A DNA stretch of 64,000 nt, from the NCBI GenBank assembly GCA_963766675.1, contig CAVYBA010000002.1:8662-72661 (forward strand), read 5' to 3'. Positions 1 to 9,469 of this stretch are shown here, one piece after another. Source of the stretch: an uncultured Chloroflexia bacterium. Lineage in GTDB: Bacteria > Chloroflexota > Limnocylindria > Limnocylindrales > CSP1-4. The translations under genes and the position numbers were made by a program. The notes beneath the pieces are model-generated. The model was not told the DNA's origin. It was given only the letters and a program-made list of their open reading frames with translations, and did not search any database. Numbering within the stretch: position 1 is the stretch's first letter; every line of letters starts with the position of its first letter.

Positions 1-247
1 GCGGGACGGCCACCGAATTCGCCAATGCGGCGACCAGTTGGAGCATCTCGTCGCGGGTAACCGCGTAATCGGCGCGCCCGAGCGAAGCCGCGTGTCCCGA
101 GCTCGTGGTGGCGAGCGCCGGGAACCCCAGCGATGCGAGCAACCTGGCGGACCCGGCGTCCCATGGATTCGGCATGATGAACAGGCCCTGCGCGTGGAGC
201 GCCCGGAACCGGTCACGCCTGCGCGTCGCTTGTCCTGTCGCGCCCAT
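1..247 (-). CDS. Isocitrate lyase/PEP mutase family protein (5' part; runs off window start)
   Basis: Manual translation MGATGQATRRRDRFRALHAQGLFIMPNPWDAGSARLLASLGFPALATTSSG matches the family N-terminal PNPWDxGSA...ALATTS motif; AGGAGG RBS upstream; absent from the ORF track because it is truncated. Confidence 0.85.
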   Translation of the reverse strand, partial: MGATGQATRRRDRFRALHAQGLFIMPNPWDAGSARLLASLGFPALATTSSGHAASLGRADYAVTRDEMLQLVAALANSVAVP

Positions 248-573
248 CGCCGTTCCTCCTGCCTCGATCAGCCGCCCGACACCCACCACGGATTGTCGGT
301 CGTGGCCGATGGACCCGTGGGCTCGGGACGGTCGGGATCGTGCGCGGCGGCTGAACGACACGCACGACGAGCCATCCGGCAGGGCCGAAAACGGGCCCGA
401 TGGCCCATCCGACGGGCAGTGCCCTCAAGCATTGTTGCGTCAAGGGATGGGACGCTTCTCCCCCCGAGCGCCCGATCCGACCCTCCGGGAGCGGAGTCCA
501 CGCCAGTGGCTCCGCTCCCGTTCTACGTTCAGGGAGCGACGGCCGCCGCCGGCCGTGCGGCTGCAAGCCACCT

Positions 574-957
574 GTGACGGAAGACCCATCAGGTGGCAGG
601 TGCGTCTTGTCTGCTCCGCCGAGTGGGCCCACGGGGTTGCTCATCGAACTCCTCGCCCTGTCGGCCGCGATGGTCGCGGGCGCCACCATCCTCCTGCTGT
701 TGGCGGGCCGCCTCGAACTGCCAGGCCCGTTCTCGCGGGTCGCGGTGGTGGCCGCGCTCGCGCTGATCATCGGCGCGCTGTCGGGTCACCCGCTCCAGCG
801 CGTCCTGCCGGCACATCCTGGCGACCCCCTGATCCTGGTCGGCGCGACGATCCTCGGCATCGCCCGGGTCACGCCATGGCGCTGGTGGGCGATCGGCAGC
901 GTCGCCTTCTCGAGCCTGCTGGTCGCGACGGCAAGGTCGTGCGGCCCAGCTTCGTGA
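574..957 (+). CDS. Small membrane protein (about 4 TM), hypothetical
   Basis: Hydrophobic segments in ORF 400..957; GTG at 574 chosen as start (uncertain). Confidence 0.5.
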   Translation: MTEDPSGGRCVLSAPPSGPTGLLIELLALSAAMVAGATILLLLAGRLELPGPFSRVAVVAALALIIGALSGHPLQRVLPAHPGDPLILVGATILGIARVTPWRWWAIGSVAFSSLLVATARSCGPAS

Positions 958-1348
958 TCGTCGGTGCTGCCGCCGTCCTCGTTGCCGGCCTCCTGGTCGA
1001 GGCCGGCCGTGAACCCGTCCAACCGAGTGAAGGGCCCGTCCCGCAGGCGCTCGGCGGCCTACCCGAGATCGCCACCGGGGTCGCGGCCAGCCCGGGTCCG
1101 TCGTCGTCCGCGGAATCCGCGGCCACGCCCGCGGCGTTGGCGTCCGCCTCGGCCAGCCCGGGTGCGTCGCAACGCCGACGCCGTCCGCCGGACCCTCGTC
1201 GACGCCCACCCCGGCACCGAGCGCCACGCCCGCACCGAGCGCCACGCCAGCGCCGAGCCCGACGCCAGCGCCGAGTCCGACGCCGGCGCCGAGTCCGACG
1301 CCCGCCCGGTCCGCTGCGCCGCCCGCACCCAGCCCATCCGCGACCTGA
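939..1348 (+). CDS. Membrane-anchored Pro/Ser/Thr/Ala-rich protein with one apparent frameshift (~1168)
   Basis: Hydrophobic N-terminus MRPSFVIVGAAAVLVAG; after a frame change it reads ATPTPSAGPSSTPTPAPSATPAPSATPAPSPTPAPSPT... to TGA 1348; 18-nt near-repeats. Confidence 0.5.
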
Positions 1349-1523
1349 GCCGAGCCTGGGGCAGGCCACGCGATGCGGTGTTGCAGGTGTCTATCAAAGG
1401 CGTCCCAAACGTTCACAGACCGTTGATCCCGTCCTATCGTGGCCGCCACACCCTGTCCTGGTCGTCCGCTCGGCCGCCGTTCCCGCCGCCGTGCCCGCCA
1501 CCACGCATCCTCGGAGGAGGCGC

Positions 1524-1589
1524 ATGCGCAAGTCGCTGACCAAGCAGGCCAACGACCTGGTCGGCCAGGTGGTCGCGGCGGCACCCTGA
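1524..1589 (+). CDS. Candidate 21-aa small ORF (MRKSLTKQANDLVGQVVAAAP)
   Basis: GGAGGAGG just upstream of the ATG; GC3-rich codons; TATCGT at 1435-1440. Confidence 0.35.
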   Translation: MRKSLTKQANDLVGQVVAAAP

Positions 1590-1690
1590 CCGGGTTGGCC
1601 GGCCACGCCGGCGAAGACGATGATGGAGCGGCCCACGGGGCCGCTCCTTCATCTCTGGACAGCGAACAGCGCCCTGCACGGGACCGGAAC

Positions 1691-2980
1691 ATGCGTCGCC
1701 AGGCACCAACCGCCGTCGCCCAACGCCTCCTCGGGAGACTGGTCTCGCCGTTGCTGCACGAGACCGACTTCCGGCGGTTCTGGCTCGGCGAGACGATCTC
1801 GGTTTTCGGCGACCAGGTCACGCAGCTGGGCCTGCCGCTCGTGGCGGTGCTCGTCCTCGGTGCCGATGCGGCACAGATGGGCACGCTCCTCGCGGTCGGC
1901 CTGCTGCCGCACCTCCTCTTCTCGCTCCCGGCCGGAGTGTGGTTGGACCGGGTTCGCAATCGGCGGCGCCTGATGATCGCGGCCGACCTCGCGCGTGCCC
2001 TGGCGATCGTGAGCATTCCGGTCGCCTACCTTGCCGGCGGCCTGACGGTCACGCAGCTCTACGTGGTCGGGTTCCTGACCGGCACGATGGCGGTGGTGTT
2101 CGACATCTCGTGGAGCACGCTGCTCGTCGCGGTCGTCCGCCGCGAGGCGTTCGTCGAGGCCAACGCCCTGTTCTCGGGGAGCCGGGCACTGGCGTCCGTC
2201 GGCGGCCCGCCGCTGGCCGGCGTCCTGGTCCAGCTGCTGACGGCACCCGTCGCCCTCGTCGCCGACGCCGCGTCGTTCCTCGGCTCGGCGGTCAACCTGG
2301 CGAGGATCGGCGCGCCGGAGCCACCGATCGAGGTCACCCAGGAATCCATCCGGACGCGGCTGTCGACCGGCCTGCTGTTCATCTTCCGCGACGCGATCAT
2401 GCGGCCGATCCTCCTCTCGGTCGCCACGATCAACCTGTTCAACTTCGGGTTCCAGGCCCTGTTCATCCTGTACGTCACGACGAGGCTCGGCGTCAGCCCG
2501 GGCGTCCTCGGCGCGGCTCTTGGAGCGGGGGCCGTCGGCGGGGTCATCGGGGCGCTGCTCGCCTCCCGGATCGGACGGCGGCTCGGCCTCGGCGGCGCCT
2601 ACACGCTCGGTTGCGTCATCTTCCCCGTGCCGCTGGTCCTCGTCCCGCTCGTGAGCGGACCACCGGAGGCCGTGCTCGCGATGCTGTTCGCGACAGAGTT
2701 CCTGGCCGGGCTCGGGGTCCAGATCCTCGACATCAATGTGGGTGCCGTCATCGCAGCACGTACGCCCGACGCGATCCGGGCGCGGTCGGGCGGAGCCTTC
2801 CGCTTCGTCAACTACGGGATTCGGCCAATCGGCGCGTTCATCGGCGGGCTGCTCGGCGGGATCGTCGGCGTCCGCGAGACGCTGTTCGTGATGACCATCG
2901 CGGCCTCGGTGGGAGTGCTCTGGTTGATCGGCTCGCCGATCCCGCGTCTCCGTGACCTGCCCGAACCGGCAGGCTCGTAG
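1691..2980 (+). CDS. MFS transporter (MFS_3/DHA3 efflux-like)
   Basis: DFRRFWLGETISVFGDQ start, motif A GVWLDRVRNRRRLMI, about 12 TM. Confidence 0.9.
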   Translation: MRRQAPTAVAQRLLGRLVSPLLHETDFRRFWLGETISVFGDQVTQLGLPLVAVLVLGADAAQMGTLLAVGLLPHLLFSLPAGVWLDRVRNRRRLMIAADLARALAIVSIPVAYLAGGLTVTQLYVVGFLTGTMAVVFDISWSTLLVAVVRREAFVEANALFSGSRALASVGGPPLAGVLVQLLTAPVALVADAASFLGSAVNLARIGAPEPPIEVTQESIRTRLSTGLLFIFRDAIMRPILLSVATINLFNFGFQALFILYVTTRLGVSPGVLGAALGAGAVGGVIGALLASRIGRRLGLGGAYTLGCVIFPVPLVLVPLVSGPPEAVLAMLFATEFLAGLGVQILDINVGAVIAARTPDAIRARSGGAFRFVNYGIRPIGAFIGGLLGGIVGVRETLFVMTIAASVGVLWLIGSPIPRLRDLPEPAGS

Positions 2981-2998
2981 CGGCCAGGCGATGTCACG

Positions 2999-3613
2999 CT
3001 ACGGGTCGATCGCCTCGAAATGCGTCGCGTCGAATGCTTCGATCAGCTCCGGCCGACGGGTAGCCATCGGTTGCCGGACGTCACCGCCCGTCGCCAGCTC
3101 GATGGTCGTCCAGGTGCTCCACACCGACACGGCCACGAACGCTTCCGCCGAGGTTCCGCGGGCGAGGTAGAACGCCATGGGGCCGTGGCCCGCGGCCACG
3201 TCGGCGGCAACGCCGGCACGCGTCTCCTCGACGTACCTGGCGCGCTGGCCGGGCTGGACGCAACCCCGGAAGATTCGGATGATCCGGGGAGCGTCGAGCG
3301 TGCCGTCGGCGTGGTAGGCGATCTCCGGCTCGAGCACCTCGACCGATCCTTCGGTCATCCCGTCGAGCGCTTCCGGCGGCAGACCTCCGGGACCTGCCAC
3401 CCCGTCGAACGCGGCGTCCATGGCTGCGCGCGACTCCCAGATCGAGACGACGAGCCGCGGCCCGAGCTCATCTGGGCCGTGCCGGCCGGCGTACGCGTCG
3501 ACCACGCCCGGCTGGCCGCAGATCGCGGGCACGATCCAGTCGCGGATGACGTTGTCGAAGGCCGGTCGAGTCGGCCTGAAGCCAAACATCCGGACGACGG
3601 GAGCGACGGCCAC
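2999..3613 (-). CDS. Tandem antibiotic-biosynthesis-monooxygenase-like (dimeric alpha/beta barrel) protein
   Basis: Two internal repeats with VVSIWES and VAVSVWST signatures. Confidence 0.6.
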   Translation of the reverse strand: MAVAPVVRMFGFRPTRPAFDNVIRDWIVPAICGQPGVVDAYAGRHGPDELGPRLVVSIWESRAAMDAAFDGVAGPGGLPPEALDGMTEGSVEVLEPEIAYHADGTLDAPRIIRIFRGCVQPGQRARYVEETRAGVAADVAAGHGPMAFYLARGTSAEAFVAVSVWSTWTTIELATGGDVRQPMATRRPELIEAFDATHFEAIDP

Positions 3614-3698
3614 GGAGACGGGTCCCTCGATGCTCGATGTGCGGCGGGGACGTGATTGTCGCGATCACGCCGACCCGGCGCAACCCTGTCGGCGCACG

Positions 3699-5006
3699 TC
3701 AGTTCGAGAGGCGCGGCTGAGCAAGCCGAGCGGCGGCGATGTCCTGCAACCGTCGCTCGAGATAGTCGCGCTCGGCTCCGTTCGTGGTGAGCGCGACCGC
3801 CCGCCGGTAGGCCACCTCCGCCTCCGACCAGCGGTGCAGCCGGCGGAGCAGGTCGGCCCGCGCGGCCTGGAGGTAGGGGTACCGATCAAGCTCGCCGGAT
3901 GCCGCGATCCCGTCCATCATCGCCAGGCCGATCACGGGTCCGTCAGCCATGGCCACCGCAACGGCCAGGTTCAGCTCGACGACCGGCGACGGGGTCATCG
4001 CCCGGAGCGCCTGGTAGAGGTCGGCGATCTGTCGCCAATCCGTCTCGACGGCGGTCGCTGCTTCATCGTGGAGCGCGGCGATGGCGGCCTGGACCTGGTA
4101 CGGTCCGGGCCGCCCGAGCTCGAGCGCGCGCCGGATGAGCGCCTGCCCTTCCACGATCCGGGTGCGGTCCCAGCGAGATCGATCCTGGTCCTCCAACACG
4201 ACGAGGGCGCCCGTTTCGTCGACCCTGGCTTCGCGCCGGGCATCGTGAAGGAGCATGAGGCTCAACAGCCCGAGCACCTCTGGCTCACCGGGAAGGAGCC
4301 GGTCCACGACGCGGGCCAGCCGGATGGCCTCGGCGCTCAGCTCCCGCCGGACGAGCGAGTCACCCGACGTGGCGGAATAGCCCTCGTTGAAGACCAGGTA
4401 GAGGACGTGGAGGACGCCGTCTAGGCGCTCGGGCAACAGCTCCGGCGGCGGGACCCGGTACGGGATGCCGGCCGCGCGGATCTTGCGCTTCGCACGGACG
4501 AGCCGCTGCGCGAGCGTTGCCTCCGGGAGCAGGAACGCGCGAGCGATCTCGGGCGTCGTCAGCCCACCCAGGGTCCGCAGGGTCAGCGCGACCCGGGCGT
4601 CCATCGCGAGCGCCGGATGGCAGCACGTGAAGATCAGTCGCAGTCGATCGTCGGCGATGTGCATGGCATCCTCTGCCGGATCCGGATCGATGGATTGCAG
4701 CGCCGAGACCGTCGCCTCGCGGCCGAGCGTTTCGATCTTCTCGCTGAGCCGGCTCCGCCGGCGTAGCCGATCGATCGCCCGGTTGCGCGCGGTCGTCGTG
4801 ATCCAGGCTCCCGGGTTGTCGGGCACCCCTCGAGCCGGCCAGGTCTCGAGCGCGGCAATGAACGCGTCCTGGACGGCCTCCTCAGCGAGGTCGAAGTCGC
4901 CGAGGACCCGGATCAGCGTGGCGACCGCCCGGCCCTGCTCGTCGCGGAACAGGCGATCGACGAGCCGGTGGGCAGCCCCCGGTGGCGTGCGATCCGTCAA
5001 CCGCAA
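3699..5006 (-). CDS. ECF sigma factor, ECF42-type with C-terminal TPR-containing extension
   Basis: DLAEEAVQDAF, WITTTARNRAID, DDRLRLIFTCCHP, VLYLVFNEGY, GPYQVQAAIAA; adjacent to a DGPF/YciI gene. Confidence 0.93.
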   Translation of the reverse strand: MRLTDRTPPGAAHRLVDRLFRDEQGRAVATLIRVLGDFDLAEEAVQDAFIAALETWPARGVPDNPGAWITTTARNRAIDRLRRRSRLSEKIETLGREATVSALQSIDPDPAEDAMHIADDRLRLIFTCCHPALAMDARVALTLRTLGGLTTPEIARAFLLPEATLAQRLVRAKRKIRAAGIPYRVPPPELLPERLDGVLHVLYLVFNEGYSATSGDSLVRRELSAEAIRLARVVDRLLPGEPEVLGLLSLMLLHDARREARVDETGALVVLEDQDRSRWDRTRIVEGQALIRRALELGRPGPYQVQAAIAALHDEAATAVETDWRQIADLYQALRAMTPSPVVELNLAVAVAMADGPVIGLAMMDGIAASGELDRYPYLQAARADLLRRLHRWSEAEVAYRRAVALTTNGAERDYLERRLQDIAAARLAQPRLSN

Positions 5007-5028
5007 TCCGGGCAGACGGTCCCGGCCG

Positions 5029-5397
5029 CTAGTTTGCGGCCCGGTCGCCGGGCGGCACGGAGAAGACCGGCCGGATCTCGATCGAGCCCCGCCGCGCGCC
5101 CGGGATCATCGCCGCGAACCGGATGGCTTCGTCGAGATCCGCTGCTTCGACGAGATAGAAGCCGCCGAGCGCCTCCTTCGTCTCGGCGAAGGGCCCATCG
5201 GTCGTCAGCGTCTTGCCGTCGACCACGCGGACCGTGGTCGCCGTCGACGTCGGCTCCAGCGCCTCGCCGGCGAGCATCGCGTCCCGAGCCTGGAGGAAGG
5301 CGGTGAACTCGCCGTACTCCCGGTATTCGGCCGCCATCAGGTCCTCGGGAGCGGCTGCGCTGGGCTCCTCGCCGTAGATCAGGAGCAGGTACTGCAT
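5029..5397 (-). CDS. YciI/DGPF family protein
   Basis: MQYLLLIYG...TDGPFAETKEALGGFY...SIEIRP; GAGGAG RBS. Confidence 0.93.
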   Translation of the reverse strand: MQYLLLIYGEEPSAAAPEDLMAAEYREYGEFTAFLQARDAMLAGEALEPTSTATTVRVVDGKTLTTDGPFAETKEALGGFYLVEAADLDEAIRFAAMIPGARRGSIEIRPVFSVPPGDRAAN

Positions 5398-5445
5398 CGA
5401 TTCTCCTCGGTGGCCGGGCGCCCAGTCGGCGCCCGCTGTCATGAC

Positions 5446-5472
5446 GACGAACGAGCCAGGCCAGGATCGACA
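5446..5472 (-). promoter_or_regulatory. Putative ECF42 target promoter (TGTCGA-N17-CGTC)
   Basis: Minus strand TGTCGA (5472-5467), 17 nt, CGTC (5449-5446), upstream of the DGPF-ECF42 operon; matches the known ECF42 consensus. Confidence 0.75.
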
Positions 5473-5805
5473 GCCGGGTCGAGGTACCGCCCGGACGATC
5501 CGCGCAGGGTCGCTTCCGGGTTCGATTCGGCCTCCCGGGCACGCCCGGCCATCTCGACCTCCGGGAGCGGCCGGAGCGTCGCAATCCCTTCCAGCTTGGC
5601 GAGGCGGAATGCCGGCCGCAGCGACCCGACGACGGTGTCCATCAGGTCGGCCAGGATGTCCTGCGCGTGATCGAGCTCGACGCGGCCAGGTAGCTCGTGC
5701 ACCCGCTGATATCGGCGATGACGAAGCAGGCGGGTTCGGGGGCGTTCAGCATTGACCGCATCATCCATTGACCTCGATCGGCTGTCGAGCGGTATCTTGT
5801 CCGCC

Positions 5806-7314
5806 ATGCCCACGGAGAAGGAGGTCCTCCGGATCGACGGTCGCGAGGTGACCGTGACGAATCCGGGCAAGGTGTACTTCCCCCAGACGGGCCACACGAA
5901 GCTCGACCTGGTCAAGTACTACCTCGCCGTCGCGGATGGCGCGCTGCGCGGCGCGGGCGGGCGGCCGATGGCCCTGAAGCGGTTCGTCGACGGCGCGGCC
6001 GGGCAACCGTTCTTCCAGAAGCGGGCCCCGGACAACCGGCCGGGCTGGATCCGGACGGCGACCCTGACCTTCCCGTCCGGACGGACGGCGGACGAGATCG
6101 TGATCGACGACGCCGCCGGACTCGCCTGGGTGGTGAACCTCGGCTGCATCGACCTCAACCCGCACCCCGTTCGGGCCGAGGACCTGGATCACCCCGACGA
6201 GCTCCGGGTCGACCTCGATCCGGTGCCCGGCGTGCCGTGGTCGGCGATCCGCGAGGTCGCGCTGGCCACAAGGGACGCGCTCGAGGCGGTCGGGCTCGTC
6301 GGCTGGCCCAAGACGTCGGGCTCGCGCGGGATCCACGTCAACGTCCGGATCGAGCCGCGCTGGACCTATCCGGAAGTTCGGCGGGCGGCCCTCGCGATCG
6401 CCCGGGACGTGGAGCGGCGCGTGCCCGCCATCGCCACCTCGAAGTGGTGGAAGGAGGAACGCCACGGCGTCTTCCTCGACTACAACCAGAACGCCAAGGA
6501 CCGAACGGTGGCGTCGGCCTATTCGATCCGGCCGCTGCCGGACGCCAGGGTCTCCACACCGCTCGCCTGGGACGAGGTCGCGACCGTGGAGGCCGAGGCG
6601 TTCACGATCGACACGGTCCCGGCGCGCTACGCGGCGATCGGCGATCCCGGCGACGGGATCGATGCGGCGATCGGGTCGCTGGAGGCGTTGCTCGAGCTGA
6701 GCCGGCGGCACGAGGCGGAGGGCCTCGGGGACGCGCCGTGGCCGCCGAACTACGCCAAGCAGGCCGGCGAGCCGCCGCGCGTCCAGCCGTCCCGGCAGCG
6801 ACGCCCGGATTCGGACTACCAGGGCCGCGGCGAGGCCGGTGGCCCGCCGCCGGAGGTCGCGGCCGCGCGCCGCGCCGCGGTCGAGCGCGGCGACCCGAAT
6901 GCGGGTCTGCCGACCGAGTGGGCCGGTTCCCGGCCGACGCCGACCGGCCGGCGGAAGACGGCCATCCCGGTCGTGGAAATCGCCCGCGCCGAACACAGGG
7001 ACGAGGCGATGGCCGGCTTCGAACGCTGGAAGGCGCGCCACCCCGAGGCTGCTGCTGCCCTCCAGCCGGCGGACGTCCTGGTCGATTCGATGCGCGGCCG
7101 CTCGACGACGTGGACTCGCGTCCGGGTCAACCTGATCCATGTTCCCGAGGCGGACCGCCCGGGGCAGGAGCCGCTCGAGGTCGACTACGACCCGTGGGCC
7201 GGCTATGCGTGGCCCGATCGGCCCGGCCAGCTGGAGCGGGCGCCGCGGAGGGAGAGGCCGACGGGATCGTCCGCCACGCTACGCGACGGCCAGCCCAGAC
7301 GAGGCGGAGACTAG
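5806..7314 (+). CDS. Stand-alone LigD-type primase-polymerase (Prim-PolC-like) with C-terminal extension
   Basis: VTNPGKVYFP, FFQKRAP, PDELRVDLDP, PKTSGSRGIHV, FLDYNQN, TVASAYSIRP; -10 TATCTT 7 nt before the ATG. Confidence 0.9.
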   Translation: MPTEKEVLRIDGREVTVTNPGKVYFPQTGHTKLDLVKYYLAVADGALRGAGGRPMALKRFVDGAAGQPFFQKRAPDNRPGWIRTATLTFPSGRTADEIVIDDAAGLAWVVNLGCIDLNPHPVRAEDLDHPDELRVDLDPVPGVPWSAIREVALATRDALEAVGLVGWPKTSGSRGIHVNVRIEPRWTYPEVRRAALAIARDVERRVPAIATSKWWKEERHGVFLDYNQNAKDRTVASAYSIRPLPDARVSTPLAWDEVATVEAEAFTIDTVPARYAAIGDPGDGIDAAIGSLEALLELSRRHEAEGLGDAPWPPNYAKQAGEPPRVQPSRQRRPDSDYQGRGEAGGPPPEVAAARRAAVERGDPNAGLPTEWAGSRPTPTGRRKTAIPVVEIARAEHRDEAMAGFERWKARHPEAAAALQPADVLVDSMRGRSTTWTRVRVNLIHVPEADRPGQEPLEVDYDPWAGYAWPDRPGQLERAPRRERPTGSSATLRDGQPRRGGD

Positions 7315-8282
7315 CCAGGCGCGGCGGTGGCGGCCACGACCGAGCGTGTCAGTTGGTCCGTCCTGAGCGCGTCGGAATACGTCGACAGGGCGAGGTGGGC
7401 GTCGCCGGATTCGACGGCGTCGAGGAAGGCCGCCGCCTGCCGTTCATACGGGTCGCCCGCACTCTGTCGACTGACCACCTCGTGGTCGTCGGCGTAGGCA
7501 ACCTGCCAGTCACCCTGATTGCGTGGCCCTTTGGCGACGGTGGTGAGCAGGCCATCCGAGGCAAACACGACCTGGATCGACGCCGCTTCGAGGCGATGCG
7601 CGCTGGCGAACGACCCGACGGCGCCGGTCTCGAACCGAAGGACTACCGCTGCAGCGTCGGCAACACCGCGATCGCCGCTCCCCCGCCCCACGCGCCGGAC
7701 CGATGCCGCCCCGACCACCTCGGCCTCACCCACCAGGAAGCGGGCCAGGTCGTACAGGTGCGTGGCCTGCTCGACCACCTGGCCGCCGCCCTCGTCGACC
7801 CGGCTCCACCAGGCCGGCGGCGGCGTCTCGGCAAGCCAGCGCGCGACGACCAGGCGCGGCGGACGATCGTCCAGGCGCGCGCGAAGTTCCGTGATGAAGT
7901 CCAGCGCCCGGAGATGGTAGCCGACCGCGACGACCAGGCCGGCCCGTTCGATGGCTGCGGCGAGGCGGGCGGGACCGTCCGGATCATCGGCCGCCAGCGG
8001 CTTTTCGGTCAGGAACGGCACTCCCCGCTCGACCAGTCGCTCGCCGATCGCCACGGCCTGGTACGGCGGGACGCAGACGTACGCCGCGTCGGGCCGGGTG
8101 GCATCGAGCATCCGGTCGAGGTCGTCGAACGGCCGGCCGCCCCATCGCTCGGTCGCGGTCGCGGCACCGACGAGCGTTCGCGAGGTGACCCCGACCAGCT
8201 CGGTGCGGCCAAGACGTTCGAGCGCCGCGAGGTGGACGCCCGCAATCCAGCCGGCGCCCACCTGCCCGAGCCGGATCGTCAA
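7311..8282 (-). CDS. Gfo/Idh/MocA family oxidoreductase
   Basis: GQVGAGWIA Rossmann motif, FLTEKPLA, GGGQVVEQATHLYD; TTG start overlaps the ligase stop. Confidence 0.88.
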   Translation of the reverse strand: MTIRLGQVGAGWIAGVHLAALERLGRTELVGVTSRTLVGAATATERWGGRPFDDLDRMLDATRPDAAYVCVPPYQAVAIGERLVERGVPFLTEKPLAADDPDGPARLAAAIERAGLVVAVGYHLRALDFITELRARLDDRPPRLVVARWLAETPPPAWWSRVDEGGGQVVEQATHLYDLARFLVGEAEVVGAASVRRVGRGSGDRGVADAAAVVLRFETGAVGSFASAHRLEAASIQVVFASDGLLTTVAKGPRNQGDWQVAYADDHEVVSRQSAGDPYERQAAAFLDAVESGDAHLALSTYSDALRTDQLTRSVVAATAAPG

Positions 8283-9373
8283 CCGTCGCCGCCGAAGATC
8301 CGGGCGAGCTCGAATGGTGCGGTCTCTTCGAGCTGGTCGTAGCGGCAGGCCGCGGACGGCTTGTCGGGACGCCAGCGCTTGAACGTGGTCGCATGGCGGA
8401 AGCGATCGCCCTGGAGGTGGTCGTAGGCGACCTCCGCCACCCGTTCGGCTCGGAGCGGCTCCCAGGACAGGTCCTTGCCGCGGTTCCAGCGTGATGTCGC
8501 ACCCGGGACCCGCTGGCCGGTCGCCTCCTGCTCGGCCGCCCACTCTGCCCAGCCCGACCACGGGTGGCCGTCGAGCGCGTTCTCGCGGAGCGGCGCCAGC
8601 TCCTCCACCAGGGCGGCCCGGCGCTCCCAGGTGAACGACGACGTGATCCCCACGTGATGGAGCGTGCCCGAATCGTCGAACAGCCCGAGCAGGAGCGACC
8701 CGACGTGGGTCCCCGGCCCGTTCTTGTGCCAGCGGAACCCGGCGACCACGCAATCGGCGGTCCGCTGGTGCTTGATCTTGAGCATCGCCCGCTTGCCGGG
8801 CTGGTAGGTGCCATCGAGCCGCTTCGCGATGACCCCGTCCAGGCCGGCGCCTTCGAACCGTTGGAACCAGTCGGCAGCCGTCGCCCGCTCGCGGGTCGCG
8901 GGCGTCAGGTGGACCGGCGGTTCGGCCCCTCCGAGGAGGCCCTCGAGCCGGGCGCGCCGTTCGGCCTGCGGCGTCCCGCGCAGGTCCTCGTCGTCGAGCG
9001 CGAGGAGGTCCCAGGCGACAAAGCTCGCCGGCGAGGCCTCGGCCAGCATGCGGACCCTCGATTCGGCCGGATGGATCCGGAGCAGGAGGGCCTCGAAGTC
9101 GAGGGCTCCGTCGTGCGAGATCACGACCTCACCGTCGAGGACGCAACGATCCGGGATCGCCGCCCGGAGCGGCGCCGCGAGCTCAGGGAAGTAGCGATCG
9201 AGCGGCTTCAGGTCGCGCGACTGCGTGTACACCTCGTGGCCGTCGCGGAAGACGATGGCCCGGAACCCGTCCCACTTGGGCTCGAACAGCCAGCCGTCGT
9301 CCGACGGCAGGTCGTCGACCGCCTTCGCGAGCATCGGCTCGAGCGGCGGCTGGAACGGAAGCCGGAGTGCCAC
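8279..9373 (-). CDS. ligC: ATP-dependent DNA ligase (LigC-like)
   Basis: PMLAK, FEPKWDGFR adenylation motif, LDGEVV, GLDGVIAK, VAEVAYDH. Confidence 0.9.
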   Translation of the reverse strand: MALRLPFQPPLEPMLAKAVDDLPSDDGWLFEPKWDGFRAIVFRDGHEVYTQSRDLKPLDRYFPELAAPLRAAIPDRCVLDGEVVISHDGALDFEALLLRIHPAESRVRMLAEASPASFVAWDLLALDDEDLRGTPQAERRARLEGLLGGAEPPVHLTPATRERATAADWFQRFEGAGLDGVIAKRLDGTYQPGKRAMLKIKHQRTADCVVAGFRWHKNGPGTHVGSLLLGLFDDSGTLHHVGITSSFTWERRAALVEELAPLRENALDGHPWSGWAEWAAEQEATGQRVPGATSRWNRGKDLSWEPLRAERVAEVAYDHLQGDRFRHATTFKRWRPDKPSAACRYDQLEETAPFELARIFGGDG

Positions 9374-9469
9374 TCGCCGAGTGTACTTCGCGGAACTGGC
9401 ACTGCCGGGCCGGCGTCTCCGCGATGCCGCGCGACCGTTCGGCCGTCGCGAGCCCACGGAGGCCTACCG

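Noticed and set aside
5439-5768. Minus-strand hypothetical ORF
   Set aside because: No recognisable motif and its 3' end overlaps the ECF42 promoter; cannot be supported, though a real small gene is not excluded
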